Source of the DNA: an uncultured Alphaproteobacteria bacterium
Lineage (GTDB): Bacteria > Pseudomonadota > Alphaproteobacteria > HIMB59 > GCA-002718135
DNA length: 64,000 nucleotides
Assembly (NCBI GenBank): GCA_902587565.1
Contig: CACILT010000006.1
Coordinates: 821-64,820 of the forward strand
Reading direction: 5' to 3'
Below the pieces are notes generated by a model. That model saw only the letters and a list, made by a program, of their open reading frames with translations, ran no database searches and was not told where the DNA came from. Positions 52,235 through 61,275 of this stretch are shown here, piece by piece. Position 1 is the stretch's first letter; the number at the start of each line of letters is the position of its first letter. Made by a program: the position numbers and the translations under genes.

Positions 52235-53997
52235 TGAATCTATCAAATTTAAAAAAATTACAAAATCTATTAAAAGAAAAAGAAATCGATATTTTTGTCA
52301 TTAATAGAAGTGATGAATATTTAAATGAGTATATTTCCCCAAATGCAGAAAGATTAAATTTTGTAACAAATTTTTCTGGTTCAGCAGGAAGAGCAATTAT
52401 AACGCCAACAAATGCCTTCTTGTATGTTGATGGACGATATACTTTTCAAGCGAATACTCAAATTAATGCTAAAGAAATTCAGCCAAAACATTTAAATAGC
52501 TTTTGGACAGATTTAGAAAAAATTTTATTAGAAGCAGAATATAAAATTGCATTAGACTCAACTCTTCATTCAATTATAGAAATTGAAAAAGTGGAAAAAA
52601 TTTTAGAGAATTCAACATCTCAACTCCAACTAATAGATAAAAATTTTGTTGATTTAATATGGGAGAATCAACCAAAAACTCAGTATACAGATATATTTGA
52701 TCACCCAACAAGTTTTGCTGGTCAGGGCAGACGTGAAAAATTAGATATTTTAAAAAAATTTTTAGATCAAAATGAAATTGATCATTACTTTGTTTCTGGG
52801 CTTGATAATATTGCTTGGCTATTAAATTTAAGAGCAGATGATATTAAGTATACACCGCTGCTTTATTCTTATCTTCTAATTTCAAAAAATAATAAACACT
52901 CTTTGTATATTAAAGAGTCTTCAATGCCAGAAATTCTAAAAAAAGAAATCCAAACACTAATAAATATTAATAATATTGAAAGTATTGGATCAATTTTTAA
53001 TAACATTAATTCATCTGAATCAATTGGTTTAGATTTTAATTCTACCACTTATTATTTTTTAGATCTTTTAAGAAAACAAAAAATAAATACTAAAAATTTA
53101 GCAAATCCATGTATTTTGTTAAAAGCTATCAAAAATGAAACTGAACTAGATGGGACCAAAAAAGCACATATAAGAGATGGTGTTAGTATTACTAAATATA
53201 TTTATTGGTTAAAAAATATCATGGATCCTAAATCAAATGATGAAATAAGTGTTGCACAACATTTAGAAAGTCTTCGAAGAAAAAATGAATTATTTCATTC
53301 TCTATCTTTTGACACAATATCAGCAATTGATAAAAATGCAGCCCTTCCTCATTACCGTGTTACTGAAGAAGGAAAATCATCTTTCTCAGATAATAACATT
53401 TACCTTGTTGACTCAGGAGGGCAATATTTTGATGGAACAACCGATATAACAAGAACTATAATTTTAGGTGAAGCAACAAAAGAACAAAAAGATAGATTTA
53501 CGAGAGTTCTTAAAGGTCATATTGCTTTATCAAATCATGTTTTTGAAAAAGGAACAAAAGGAACTGACATTGATTATCTAGCAAGAAAAAGTCTGCAAGA
53601 AATTAATTTAGATTATGATCATGGGACAGGTCACGGTATCGGAAGTTTTTTGAGTGTTCATGAAGCCCCACAACGTATTGCAAAAAAATCAATGTTTGAT
53701 AGCGTTGAGTTGCTTCCAGGAATGATTTTATCCAATGAACCTGGATACTATAAAGAAAATGAATATGGGATAAGAACTGAAAATTTAGTTGTAATTAATG
53801 AGAATGCTAATAAAAAATTATACTTTGAAACTATTTCTTGGTGTCCAATTGATTTAGATCTTATTGATAGCACTCAATTAAATGAAATTGAGAAAGAGTG
53901 GCTAAATAAATATCACTCACAGGTGTATGAAAAATTAGAGTCTTTCCTTGGAGATGAAGAGAGAAATTGGCTTAAGAGAGTAACTTTGAAAATTTAA
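52231..53997 (+). CDS. pepP: Xaa-Pro aminopeptidase (M24B family)
   Basis: The C-terminal pita-bread domain has the metal ligands VDSGGQY..GTTDITR, HGTGHGIG, SNEPGYY and IRTEN. 588 aa with long N-terminal creatinase-like domains. Confidence 0.88.
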   Translation: MMNLSNLKKLQNLLKEKEIDIFVINRSDEYLNEYISPNAERLNFVTNFSGSAGRAIITPTNAFLYVDGRYTFQANTQINAKEIQPKHLNSFWTDLEKILLEAEYKIALDSTLHSIIEIEKVEKILENSTSQLQLIDKNFVDLIWENQPKTQYTDIFDHPTSFAGQGRREKLDILKKFLDQNEIDHYFVSGLDNIAWLLNLRADDIKYTPLLYSYLLISKNNKHSLYIKESSMPEILKKEIQTLININNIESIGSIFNNINSSESIGLDFNSTTYYFLDLLRKQKINTKNLANPCILLKAIKNETELDGTKKAHIRDGVSITKYIYWLKNIMDPKSNDEISVAQHLESLRRKNELFHSLSFDTISAIDKNAALPHYRVTEEGKSSFSDNNIYLVDSGGQYFDGTTDITRTIILGEATKEQKDRFTRVLKGHIALSNHVFEKGTKGTDIDYLARKSLQEINLDYDHGTGHGIGSFLSVHEAPQRIAKKSMFDSVELLPGMILSNEPGYYKENEYGIRTENLVVINENANKKLYFETISWCPIDLDLIDSTQLNEIEKEWLNKYHSQVYEKLESFLGDEERNWLKRVTLKI

Positions 53998-54000
53998 CTT

Positions 54001-54029
54001 AAGCCGCCGATTATGCGGCTTTCTTATTT
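54001..54029. terminator. Bidirectional intrinsic terminator hairpin
   Basis: AAGCCGC-cgattat-GCGGCTT is a perfect 7-bp GC-rich stem, followed by TCTTATTTAT on the plus strand. It starts 4 nt after the pepP stop and contains the stop codon of the convergent 58-aa ORF in its loop. Confidence 0.7.
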
Positions 54030-54187
54030 ATATCAAATTCAGTTTTTAAAAGATGCTTATCTAATTCTATTTTCCATTCCTTTCCATATTCAGATTTAAA
54101 ATATTTTATTAAATCCTCGTCTCTATTGTAGTTTTTGTCACTCAAATCTTCGTATACTTTAATAAAAAAGTTAAAAACATTAATCAT
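54011..54187 (-). CDS. Small hypothetical protein (58 aa), absent from the supplied ORF track
   Basis: ATG at 54187 is preceded by AAAGGA about 8 nt upstream. It translates as MINVFNFFIKVYEDLSDKNYNRDEDLIKYFKSEYGKEWKIELDKHLLKTEFDINKKAA. The stop TAA (54011-54013) lies inside the terminator loop. I recognise no family motif. Confidence 0.4.
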   Translation of the reverse strand: MINVFNFFIKVYEDLSDKNYNRDEDLIKYFKSEYGKEWKIELDKHLLKTEFDINKKAA

Positions 54188-54255
54188 ATAAAATTCCTTT
54201 CATATTTTATGTAATAAATTTTATATGCAATAACAGTATAAATTTATGAATTTTG

Positions 54256-54274
54256 ATATGCATAAAATGCATAT
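54256..54274. promoter_or_regulatory. Perfect 8-3-8 palindrome ATATGCAT-AAA-ATGCATAT (candidate operator)
   Basis: Read directly from the sequence. A third ATATGCA copy lies at 54223-54229, 33 nt upstream. All three are in the divergent spacer between the 58-aa ORF and the binding-protein gene. Confidence 0.35.
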
Positions 54275-54384
54275 AACAATTACATATATAATTTTTATAG
54301 AATATCAAAAATACCGATTTTAAATCAATTTTTACTATTAAAATTTAAGTTTTAATTAATTAAAGACATTTAATTCGTTCATCA

Positions 54385-54413
54385 TTGACTTTATATTTTA
54401 AATACGGTTCAAT
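54385..54413 (+). promoter_or_regulatory. Candidate sigma-70 promoter for the binding-protein cluster
   Basis: TTGACT (54385-54390), a 17-nt spacer, then TTCAAT (54408-54413). The GGAGGG RBS at 54434-54439 and ATG 54444 follow. Such matches arise easily in AT-rich DNA. Confidence 0.25.
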
Positions 54414-54443
54414 CTTTTGATAATCATTTTAATGGAGGGTAAA

Positions 54444-55739
54444 ATGAAAAAAAAGATCTCTAGGAGAAAGTTTATTAACCATACAGGTTCTGCTGCTCTT
54501 GCAGGTACTCTATTATCGCAAGTTGGTATGAAGTATGCATTTGCTGCTAACACTAAACCAGTAAGTCTTTTGCTTGGTTCACATATGGATTATTTGCAAG
54601 CTTTAGCTCCTGCTTATGCAGAAAAATATGGTGTTACACCAAGTATAGAAACAGTAACAACACCAGATCTATCTGTTAAATTAAATTCAGCGTATATTGC
54701 AAGAAAAAGTGTAGGTGATGCTATATTTGTGACTGCTTCAGAAATTGCTGGTTTAGCTGATAAGGGTTGGTTGATGGATATGAGTGATTTTGTCAATGAT
54801 ACATTAAAACCAAATGGCGTTATGGAAAACAGTCTAACTGCCGCAACTTACAAAGGCAAAGTCTATGCTGCCCCAATTACGATTGGTTGCCCAGTACTGC
54901 ACTGGAATAAAAATTTACTTAAAAATGCAGGATTGGATACAGAAGCGCCTAATAATTGGCATCGTACAAAAAATTCTTGGAAAGAACTTATTCGTTTTGC
55001 TAAAGAAATTAACGATCCTGATAATGATATATATGGTATTGTTGATGCTTGGGCAGGTACTCATAGTTTTTGGACTTTTGGAGCTTTACTTCAAGCGAAT
55101 GGAGGAAGTTTCTTAGACGGAAATCTAGATCCGATCATGAATAGTGATGCGGGTGTTGAAGCTTTAAATATGATGGTTGATCTTTTACATAAAGATAAAA
55201 TCATTGACCCAGCTACGCCTACTTACACTTGGGTATTCGATGCATCTCCAAGCTATATGGCAGGGAAAAGAGGATTTTTCTTAACATGGCCATTTATTAG
55301 TGGAATTGCAAATTTCACAGAAGATTCTGCAGTGCAAGGTATGAGTGGCATAGCACCACTTCCTGCATTAGAAACTTCTGCATCTGTGGATGGATCAGAA
55401 TTTTTAGCAATACCTAAATATTCAGATAATCCTGAGGCAGGAATGCAATTTATTGAAATGGCTTTAAGTCCTGACAATCAGATATTGCAAGGTTCAACTT
55501 CGCCTTGGGCACCATCTTTAGAACCTGCTCTAGATCATCCAGATGTTCTGAAAAATATATCAATGGCAGGTGTTATTAAAGACTCATATCTATATCCTGT
55601 AGATGCAGGTTTTTCTGCAGATAGAAATCAATGGGTTGAATTATTATCAAATGAAGTTTCATTAGCATTGACTCAAAAGAAAAGTGCTAAAGATGCTTTA
55701 AATGATGCTGTTAAGCAAATTAATGCGAGCAGATCATAA
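54444..55739 (+). CDS. ABC transporter periplasmic solute-binding protein, family 1 (CUT1 sugar-type), with twin-arginine signal
   Basis: MKKKISRRKFINHTGSAALAGTLLSQVGMKYAFA is a Tat-type signal. The mature part is about 400 aa with the family 1 pattern (..AAPITIGCPVLHWNK.., WAGTHSFW). I set the start at ATG 54444, after the GGAGGG RBS. Confidence 0.85.
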   Translation: MKKKISRRKFINHTGSAALAGTLLSQVGMKYAFAANTKPVSLLLGSHMDYLQALAPAYAEKYGVTPSIETVTTPDLSVKLNSAYIARKSVGDAIFVTASEIAGLADKGWLMDMSDFVNDTLKPNGVMENSLTAATYKGKVYAAPITIGCPVLHWNKNLLKNAGLDTEAPNNWHRTKNSWKELIRFAKEINDPDNDIYGIVDAWAGTHSFWTFGALLQANGGSFLDGNLDPIMNSDAGVEALNMMVDLLHKDKIIDPATPTYTWVFDASPSYMAGKRGFFLTWPFISGIANFTEDSAVQGMSGIAPLPALETSASVDGSEFLAIPKYSDNPEAGMQFIEMALSPDNQILQGSTSPWAPSLEPALDHPDVLKNISMAGVIKDSYLYPVDAGFSADRNQWVELLSNEVSLALTQKKSAKDALNDAVKQINASRS

Positions 55740-55758
55740 TTAATAAAATACGCAAATT

Positions 55759-56553
55759 ATGAAAGTTAATTTGGGTAATTATACATGGGAGGAAGTTAAG
55801 GACTTATCAGATAAAGATCCGGTTGTTCTTCTTCCTCTTGGTGCATTTGAGCAGCATGGAAAACATTTACCGCTCAAAGTAGATGAATTTATGGTTAATA
55901 ATATTGCCAATGAGTCTGTAAAAAAATCTCACCAAAAGAATATTAATGCAGTTGTGGCACCAGTTATTTGGTCAGGTTATTCACCACATCATATGGATTT
56001 TCCTGGTACGATTTCTATTAAGGATGAAACTTTAACAAATGTTATATTGGATATAGTTGAGAGTTTGGTAAAAAATAAATTAGAAAGAATAATTATTTTG
56101 AATGGGCATGGAGGCAATATTGCTATTCTTAAAAATGTTGGACAAAAGTTAAAATACGATAAAAATATTTATATAGCTACAGCATCATATTGGGATTTTG
56201 CTATGAAAGAAATTAATGAGTGGAGAGATTCTGATCTTGGTGGAATAAATCATGCATGTGAAATGGAAACAGCACTTATGTTACATATGCAAGAGGAGAT
56301 AGTTAAAAAAGATAAAATTGTCGACAACCCATTAAAAAGATCTTCATATACAGGAGTTGATCTTTTATCAGGTGGTTCAGTTGGAGTAAGTGCAAGCTTT
56401 AAAGAGCTTTCAGATCATGGAGTTATTGGCTCACCAAGTCTTGCTTCCAAAAAGAAAGGCACTGAACTTTATGAGATAATAACAGATAAAGTTTCAGACT
56501 TTATTGAAGATTTTTCAAAATGGACAAAACCTTTAAATGGTAAAAATGAATAA
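55759..56553 (+). CDS. Creatininase-family metal-dependent amidohydrolase
   Basis: LLPLGAFEQHGKHLPL..VDE, SPHHMDFPGTIS, LNGHGGN and HACEMET match the conserved metal-ligand pattern of the creatinine amidohydrolase / MftE / ArfB family. 264 aa. Confidence 0.8.
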   Translation: MKVNLGNYTWEEVKDLSDKDPVVLLPLGAFEQHGKHLPLKVDEFMVNNIANESVKKSHQKNINAVVAPVIWSGYSPHHMDFPGTISIKDETLTNVILDIVESLVKNKLERIIILNGHGGNIAILKNVGQKLKYDKNIYIATASYWDFAMKEINEWRDSDLGGINHACEMETALMLHMQEEIVKKDKIVDNPLKRSSYTGVDLLSGGSVGVSASFKELSDHGVIGSPSLASKKKGTELYEIITDKVSDFIEDFSKWTKPLNGKNE

Positions 56554-57757
56554 AAAAGATTTAGCCTTATTTTGTTATCCCTGGGACGTAATTGATGAAG
56601 GTTATGATGCAATTATTGATGCAGTAAAGAGAAGTGGACTTAATGCAATTTATATTACTGTAAATTATCACTCAGGAATGTTTTTTTTACCTCATAGTAA
56701 AAAAAGAAAAATATATTTTCCTGAACCTGGGGCTTTATACTTCAATCCAAGTAGTTGGCATAACAATCATAGTTTTCAATCCCCTATAAGTAATCTTACT
56801 GAGAATTGGAGTCAGTTTTGGGAAGAATTATCAAATCAATGTAAAAAAAATAATATCAAATTATGCGCATGGATGCTTGGTACTCATAATTCTGGAATTG
56901 GAAATAATTATCCCAATACATCTGTATATAATGCTTGGGGTGATCCAATCACACACTCTCTATGTCCCTTTAATTTGGAAGTAGTTGATCATTTTGTCAA
57001 TTTATCAAGAGATGTAGTAAATCTAGGTGTATTTGATAAAATTCTAATTGAATCTCTTGAATATCTTCCATTAAGACACGGGCATCACCATGAAGTAATT
57101 GGAGTAGATTTTTCAGCTGATATCGATTTTATTATGTCACTTAACTTTAGTAATAAATGTTTAGAGACTTTGAAGCAAAAAAATATTGATGGTGAAATGA
57201 TTAGAAACTGGGTTAAAAAAACTACAGATGATTATTTTAATCAAAAAACAAATAAAGAAGTTATGAATTGGTCTGATTTTCAAAGTATTCTTGATGGTGA
57301 GTTTTGGAATTACTATTTGGCAAGAGAAGAAAGTATAACAAACATCAATACTTTGGTAGTCAATGAATTACGAAAAGATAAAAATTTAAAAATTGGTTTA
57401 GTTGACTTTGGCCCATTATATCCACTTGGTCCTAATAATCAGAGATGGCAAAATGGTGTAAATTTAAATTCTCTATTGCCCTTGATTGATGAAATTCATC
57501 CAACTTTTTATTTTGCAGATTTAGATCTGATAAAAGAAAAATATGATGTTTATAAAAAAGTATTAAATAACAAAGTTGAAATGATACCTGCAATGAGAAC
57601 AATCCTTCCACAAGTTTCTAATCAATTAGATCTTAAGAACCAACTTCAAGTATTTAATAAAGATGCATCAGGATTTAGCTTCTATAACTACTCATTTATG
57701 AATTATGAAAACTTAGACTGGATTAATCAAGGTCTGTCTGAAAATGGAGATATTTGA
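56537..57757 (+). CDS. Hypothetical protein, 406 aa (possibly a TIM-barrel hydrolase-like fold with a His cluster)
   Basis: Long uninterrupted ORF that overlaps the creatininase gene by 17 nt (8 nt if ATG 56546 is used). I recognise no signature motif. Notable segments are NAIYITVNYHSG, CPFNLEVVDHF and ESLEYLPLRHGHHHEV. The fold suggestion is a guess. Confidence 0.6.
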   Translation: MVKMNKKDLALFCYPWDVIDEGYDAIIDAVKRSGLNAIYITVNYHSGMFFLPHSKKRKIYFPEPGALYFNPSSWHNNHSFQSPISNLTENWSQFWEELSNQCKKNNIKLCAWMLGTHNSGIGNNYPNTSVYNAWGDPITHSLCPFNLEVVDHFVNLSRDVVNLGVFDKILIESLEYLPLRHGHHHEVIGVDFSADIDFIMSLNFSNKCLETLKQKNIDGEMIRNWVKKTTDDYFNQKTNKEVMNWSDFQSILDGEFWNYYLAREESITNINTLVVNELRKDKNLKIGLVDFGPLYPLGPNNQRWQNGVNLNSLLPLIDEIHPTFYFADLDLIKEKYDVYKKVLNNKVEMIPAMRTILPQVSNQLDLKNQLQVFNKDASGFSFYNYSFMNYENLDWINQGLSENGDI

Positions 57758-57759
57758 GA

Positions 57760-58515
57760 ATGAATACTACTGTTGATATTTTAATAAATCCCGTAACTTT
57801 AAGATTTAGTTATCACAATAGCGAATTAATTTATATGTTTGCTTCACATCCAGAACAACAACTTGATGAGATGGAAAAGCTTATGGGTGTAACTACTGAT
57901 GATGGACCAATTTTTGACACAAATGTTGGTTTTTTACCAGTAGCTTCAACTACACTAATTAGAGGTGAGAAAAATATTTTAGTTGATCCTGGTAATTATC
58001 ATATCGGTTTTTATTCTATATTAAAGAGAGCACTGGCTTCAAAAAATTTAACATATGAAGATATCGATATAGTAGCTACTACTCATACACATTCTGATCA
58101 TGCAGCTTCTATTGTTCATTTTAGAAATAAACCTTGGATTATTGGAAGCAAAGAATTTGATGATATGGTTGCTATTGAGGGGAAAGAAATTGTAGATGCT
58201 AAAAAATCGATGATGGGAGAAATAATTGAAATCTCAGATGATAATGAGACAAAAATTATGGAAAATGTCTATGCAATAACCACTCCGGGACATACAAATG
58301 GCCATATATCTTTTATAGTTAAAAGTAATGATGAAACTATTTTAATTGCTGGTGATCAAACTATGACAAAGGAAGAGTATTGTGAAAGAAAATTTTCTAG
58401 ATGGTATCCAGAAGCAAATTTAAAACAATTAAACGAATCACTAGATAAAGCACAAAGCTATAAACCAGATCTTGTAATTCCAGGACATGACAGATCTTTT
58501 AAACCAATCAAGTAA
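57760..58515 (+). CDS. Metallo-beta-lactamase-fold hydrolase
   Basis: THTHSDHAAS (HxHxDH), TPGHTNGH, GDQ and PGHD ligand motifs. The start is ATG 57760, or TTG 57754 which overlaps the upstream stop. Confidence 0.85.
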   Translation: MNTTVDILINPVTLRFSYHNSELIYMFASHPEQQLDEMEKLMGVTTDDGPIFDTNVGFLPVASTTLIRGEKNILVDPGNYHIGFYSILKRALASKNLTYEDIDIVATTHTHSDHAASIVHFRNKPWIIGSKEFDDMVAIEGKEIVDAKKSMMGEIIEISDDNETKIMENVYAITTPGHTNGHISFIVKSNDETILIAGDQTMTKEEYCERKFSRWYPEANLKQLNESLDKAQSYKPDLVIPGHDRSFKPIK

Positions 58516-59416
58516 TTCTCAATTCAAATTTTCAAGAGAAAAAATTCTTGCTTTTACACTAATACTTCCTTCTTTAATTCTAGTTTTTATAACTTATTTA
58601 TACCCAGCTATATTTACTTTTGTAATAAGTTTTGCCGAATATGATATAATTCGCTTAAAAATAAAAAAATTTATTCAATTTAAAAACTTTGAATTTTTAA
58701 TAAGTAATTATTTTTTTACAAGTTCTGTCTTAAGAACTATTTACTTCGGGTTTTTGATCTGTGTGTGTACAACAATACTTTCTTTCTTGATCGCACTTCT
58801 TTTAAATGAAAAATTTATTGGAAAAGCATTTTTAAGAGTCATGATTGTATTACCTTGGGCAGTGCCATCTGTTGTTTCTGGTGTACTGTGGGGACAAATG
58901 TTTCATGCTGATACAGGGTTTTTAAATGCTTTATTATATCAATTAGGGGTCATATCAGGTTACAAAATTTGGTTAGCAGATCCATTAGTAGCCCTTCATG
59001 TAATAGCTATTGCTGAAATCTGGAAAGCAATTCCTTTCATGACATTATTTTTTTTATCAGGATTACAAAGTTTACCCTCGGAAGTTTTTGAGGCTGCTGC
59101 AGTTGATGGAGCAAATGTATTTCAAAGGTTCTCTAACATTTTATTTCCTTTAATGTTACCAATTGCGATACCACTTTTCTTGATACAATTTGTTTTAGCA
59201 ATGAAATCATTTGATACAATTTTTGTTCTTACAAGAGGGGGGCCAGGGGGTGGAACAACAACATTAAATTATTTTATTTATCAAGAAGCATTTGAAACTT
59301 TTAATCTAGGCCGAGCTTCAGCAGCTGCCTATGTTTTGCTAATAATTACTTTAGCTGTTGTATTAATTCCAACTATTTCAAGATTTCTAATAAAATTTTT
59401 TTGGGGTAATAAATGA
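58487..59416 (+). CDS. ABC transporter permease (MalF/UgpA-like, CUT1)
   Basis: Six predicted hydrophobic segments and EAA loop LPSEVFEAAAVDGANVFQRF..ILFPLM. 309 aa. Confidence 0.88.
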   Translation: MTDLLNQSSNSQFKFSREKILAFTLILPSLILVFITYLYPAIFTFVISFAEYDIIRLKIKKFIQFKNFEFLISNYFFTSSVLRTIYFGFLICVCTTILSFLIALLLNEKFIGKAFLRVMIVLPWAVPSVVSGVLWGQMFHADTGFLNALLYQLGVISGYKIWLADPLVALHVIAIAEIWKAIPFMTLFFLSGLQSLPSEVFEAAAVDGANVFQRFSNILFPLMLPIAIPLFLIQFVLAMKSFDTIFVLTRGGPGGGTTTLNYFIYQEAFETFNLGRASAAAYVLLIITLAVVLIPTISRFLIKFFWGNK

Positions 59417-60246
59417 AAAAAAATTTGATTCTAAAAAATTTTTTTATTTATTTTTCTGCACTCATAGTATTTTTGATAATGTTTTTTCCACTATACGGTT
59501 TGATATTAACAAGTTTACAACCTGAAAATATAATTAGATCTAGAAATTTGTCTTTTTTTCCTACAGAAATTATATTTACTCATTTTGCTGAGGTTTTGAA
59601 GCCTAATCATATATCTAATATTTATGAGGGTATTAAAAATAGTCTTATTGTTTCATTCCTCACATCTTTTTTATGCATAATTTTAGCTTTTCCTGCAGCA
59701 TACTCACTTGCAAGATTAAATTTACCAGCTAAAAATATTATCCTTGGAACTTTAATTTCTATTTATTTTCTTCCAACAATACTTTTTGTAATTCCCTTAT
59801 TTGTTATATTAGTTTCATATCAACTAGATGACACTATTTTAAGTCTAGTTGTTCCGTATACTGCTTTTACATTACCTTTTGTGATCTGGATTTTAAAATC
59901 ATTTATTGATAAGCTACCTGTTGAGGTAGAGGAAGCTGCAAAAATTGATGGTTGTTCTACTCTACAACTTTTAATTCACATCATTTTCCCTTTATTGAGA
60001 CCTGGTTTAATAGCAGCCTTCATATTTGCATTTATTTTATCTTGGGTTGAATTTTTAACACCTTTAATATTTACTAATAATTTGAAAATTTCTACAGTAG
60101 CTCTTGGATTATTTAGGAGCACTATAGACATTAAAATTGGTCAACAAGCTGCAGCTGCAATAATTACTTTAATTCCAGTAACAATACTAATGATTTTTTT
60201 TCAACAATATATTACAAAAGTAGTATTATCGGGAAGTGATAAATAA
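59413..60246 (+). CDS. ABC transporter permease (MalG/UgpE-like, CUT1)
   Basis: EAA loop LPVEVEEAAKIDGCSTLQLL..IIFPLLRPG. 277 aa. It overlaps the preceding permease gene by 4 nt. Confidence 0.88.
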   Translation: MKKNLILKNFFIYFSALIVFLIMFFPLYGLILTSLQPENIIRSRNLSFFPTEIIFTHFAEVLKPNHISNIYEGIKNSLIVSFLTSFLCIILAFPAAYSLARLNLPAKNIILGTLISIYFLPTILFVIPLFVILVSYQLDDTILSLVVPYTAFTLPFVIWILKSFIDKLPVEVEEAAKIDGCSTLQLLIHIIFPLLRPGLIAAFIFAFILSWVEFLTPLIFTNNLKISTVALGLFRSTIDIKIGQQAAAAIITLIPVTILMIFFQQYITKVVLSGSDK

Positions 60247-61253
60247 TGAGTAAATTAAAAATTGCAGTTATTGGAACTGGTTTAGTTGGCACATTTCATG
60301 CAGAAGTTTTTTTTAGAAATCCTAATTCTGAGCTTGTTGCTGTTTGTGATGTAGATAAAGAAAAGGTTAATTCTGTTGCACAATCATTTAATTGTAAAGC
60401 TTATGAAGATTTTACAAAATTAATAAACACTGAAACACTAGATGCTATTAGTATTGCTACACCTGAACAAATAAGAATAGAGCCTGCTGTTATGTCAGTA
60501 AAAAAAGGTTTAAAAATTTTGCTAGAAAAACCTCTCGGTAGAAATTTGGAAAAAATACATGAGTTAGTCGATAAAATAAAAGATCATAACAAAATTATTT
60601 CTGTAAATTTTATTCTTCACGAAGATCCGCGATATAAATTAATGAAAGAAAAAGTTAAAAATGACGAAATTGGCAATATCGTATCTTGTTTTGCACGAAG
60701 AAGGGGTAACAGGTTTGGAATTGAAATTTATGCTCCATGGACTGACCTTTTATCTTCAACTTTAATCCATGATATTCAAATGACCATGTCCATTAATAAA
60801 TCAAAGCCAGTAAGAGTTTTTGCAGAGGCAGTTATTAGAGAATGTAAGGAATATGATTCGCATGATGCTGTGATGGCAATCATGAAATTTGATGATGGAA
60901 GTTTGGCTTCCTTTGAAACATCTTGGGTATTGCCTAAAAATCAACCTGAGCCACTTGATCCAGCACTTCATGTTATAGGAGATAAAGGATCAATTATTAT
61001 AGAAGGATCATCAATGGGTTTGCAGATGCAAACAGAAACAAATTATATGAAGCCGGATATTGCTAATTGGCCAACTATAGACTCAAAAGTGGACGGGTGT
61101 TTAAAGAGGGGTTTAGATAAATTTATTGACGACTGCGTTTTTGATCAAAAACCAGCGGTAAATTTACAGGCTGCTTTAGAAGCAGAAAGAGTCGTATTTG
61201 CGATGAAGGAATCAATTGCTAAAGGTATTCCAATCGATATTAATATATCGTAA
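60246..61253 (+). CDS. Gfo/Idh/MocA family NAD(P)-dependent oxidoreductase
   Basis: N-terminal Rossmann motif KIAVIGTGLVGTFHA, the ILLEKPL motif, and a C-terminal alpha/beta domain. 335 aa. Its ATG shares one nt with the permease stop. Confidence 0.85.
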   Translation: MSKLKIAVIGTGLVGTFHAEVFFRNPNSELVAVCDVDKEKVNSVAQSFNCKAYEDFTKLINTETLDAISIATPEQIRIEPAVMSVKKGLKILLEKPLGRNLEKIHELVDKIKDHNKIISVNFILHEDPRYKLMKEKVKNDEIGNIVSCFARRRGNRFGIEIYAPWTDLLSSTLIHDIQMTMSINKSKPVRVFAEAVIRECKEYDSHDAVMAIMKFDDGSLASFETSWVLPKNQPEPLDPALHVIGDKGSIIIEGSSMGLQMQTETNYMKPDIANWPTIDSKVDGCLKRGLDKFIDDCVFDQKPAVNLQAALEAERVVFAMKESIAKGIPIDINIS

Positions 61254-61275
61254 ATTTTAAATTCTTTAAATTTTA

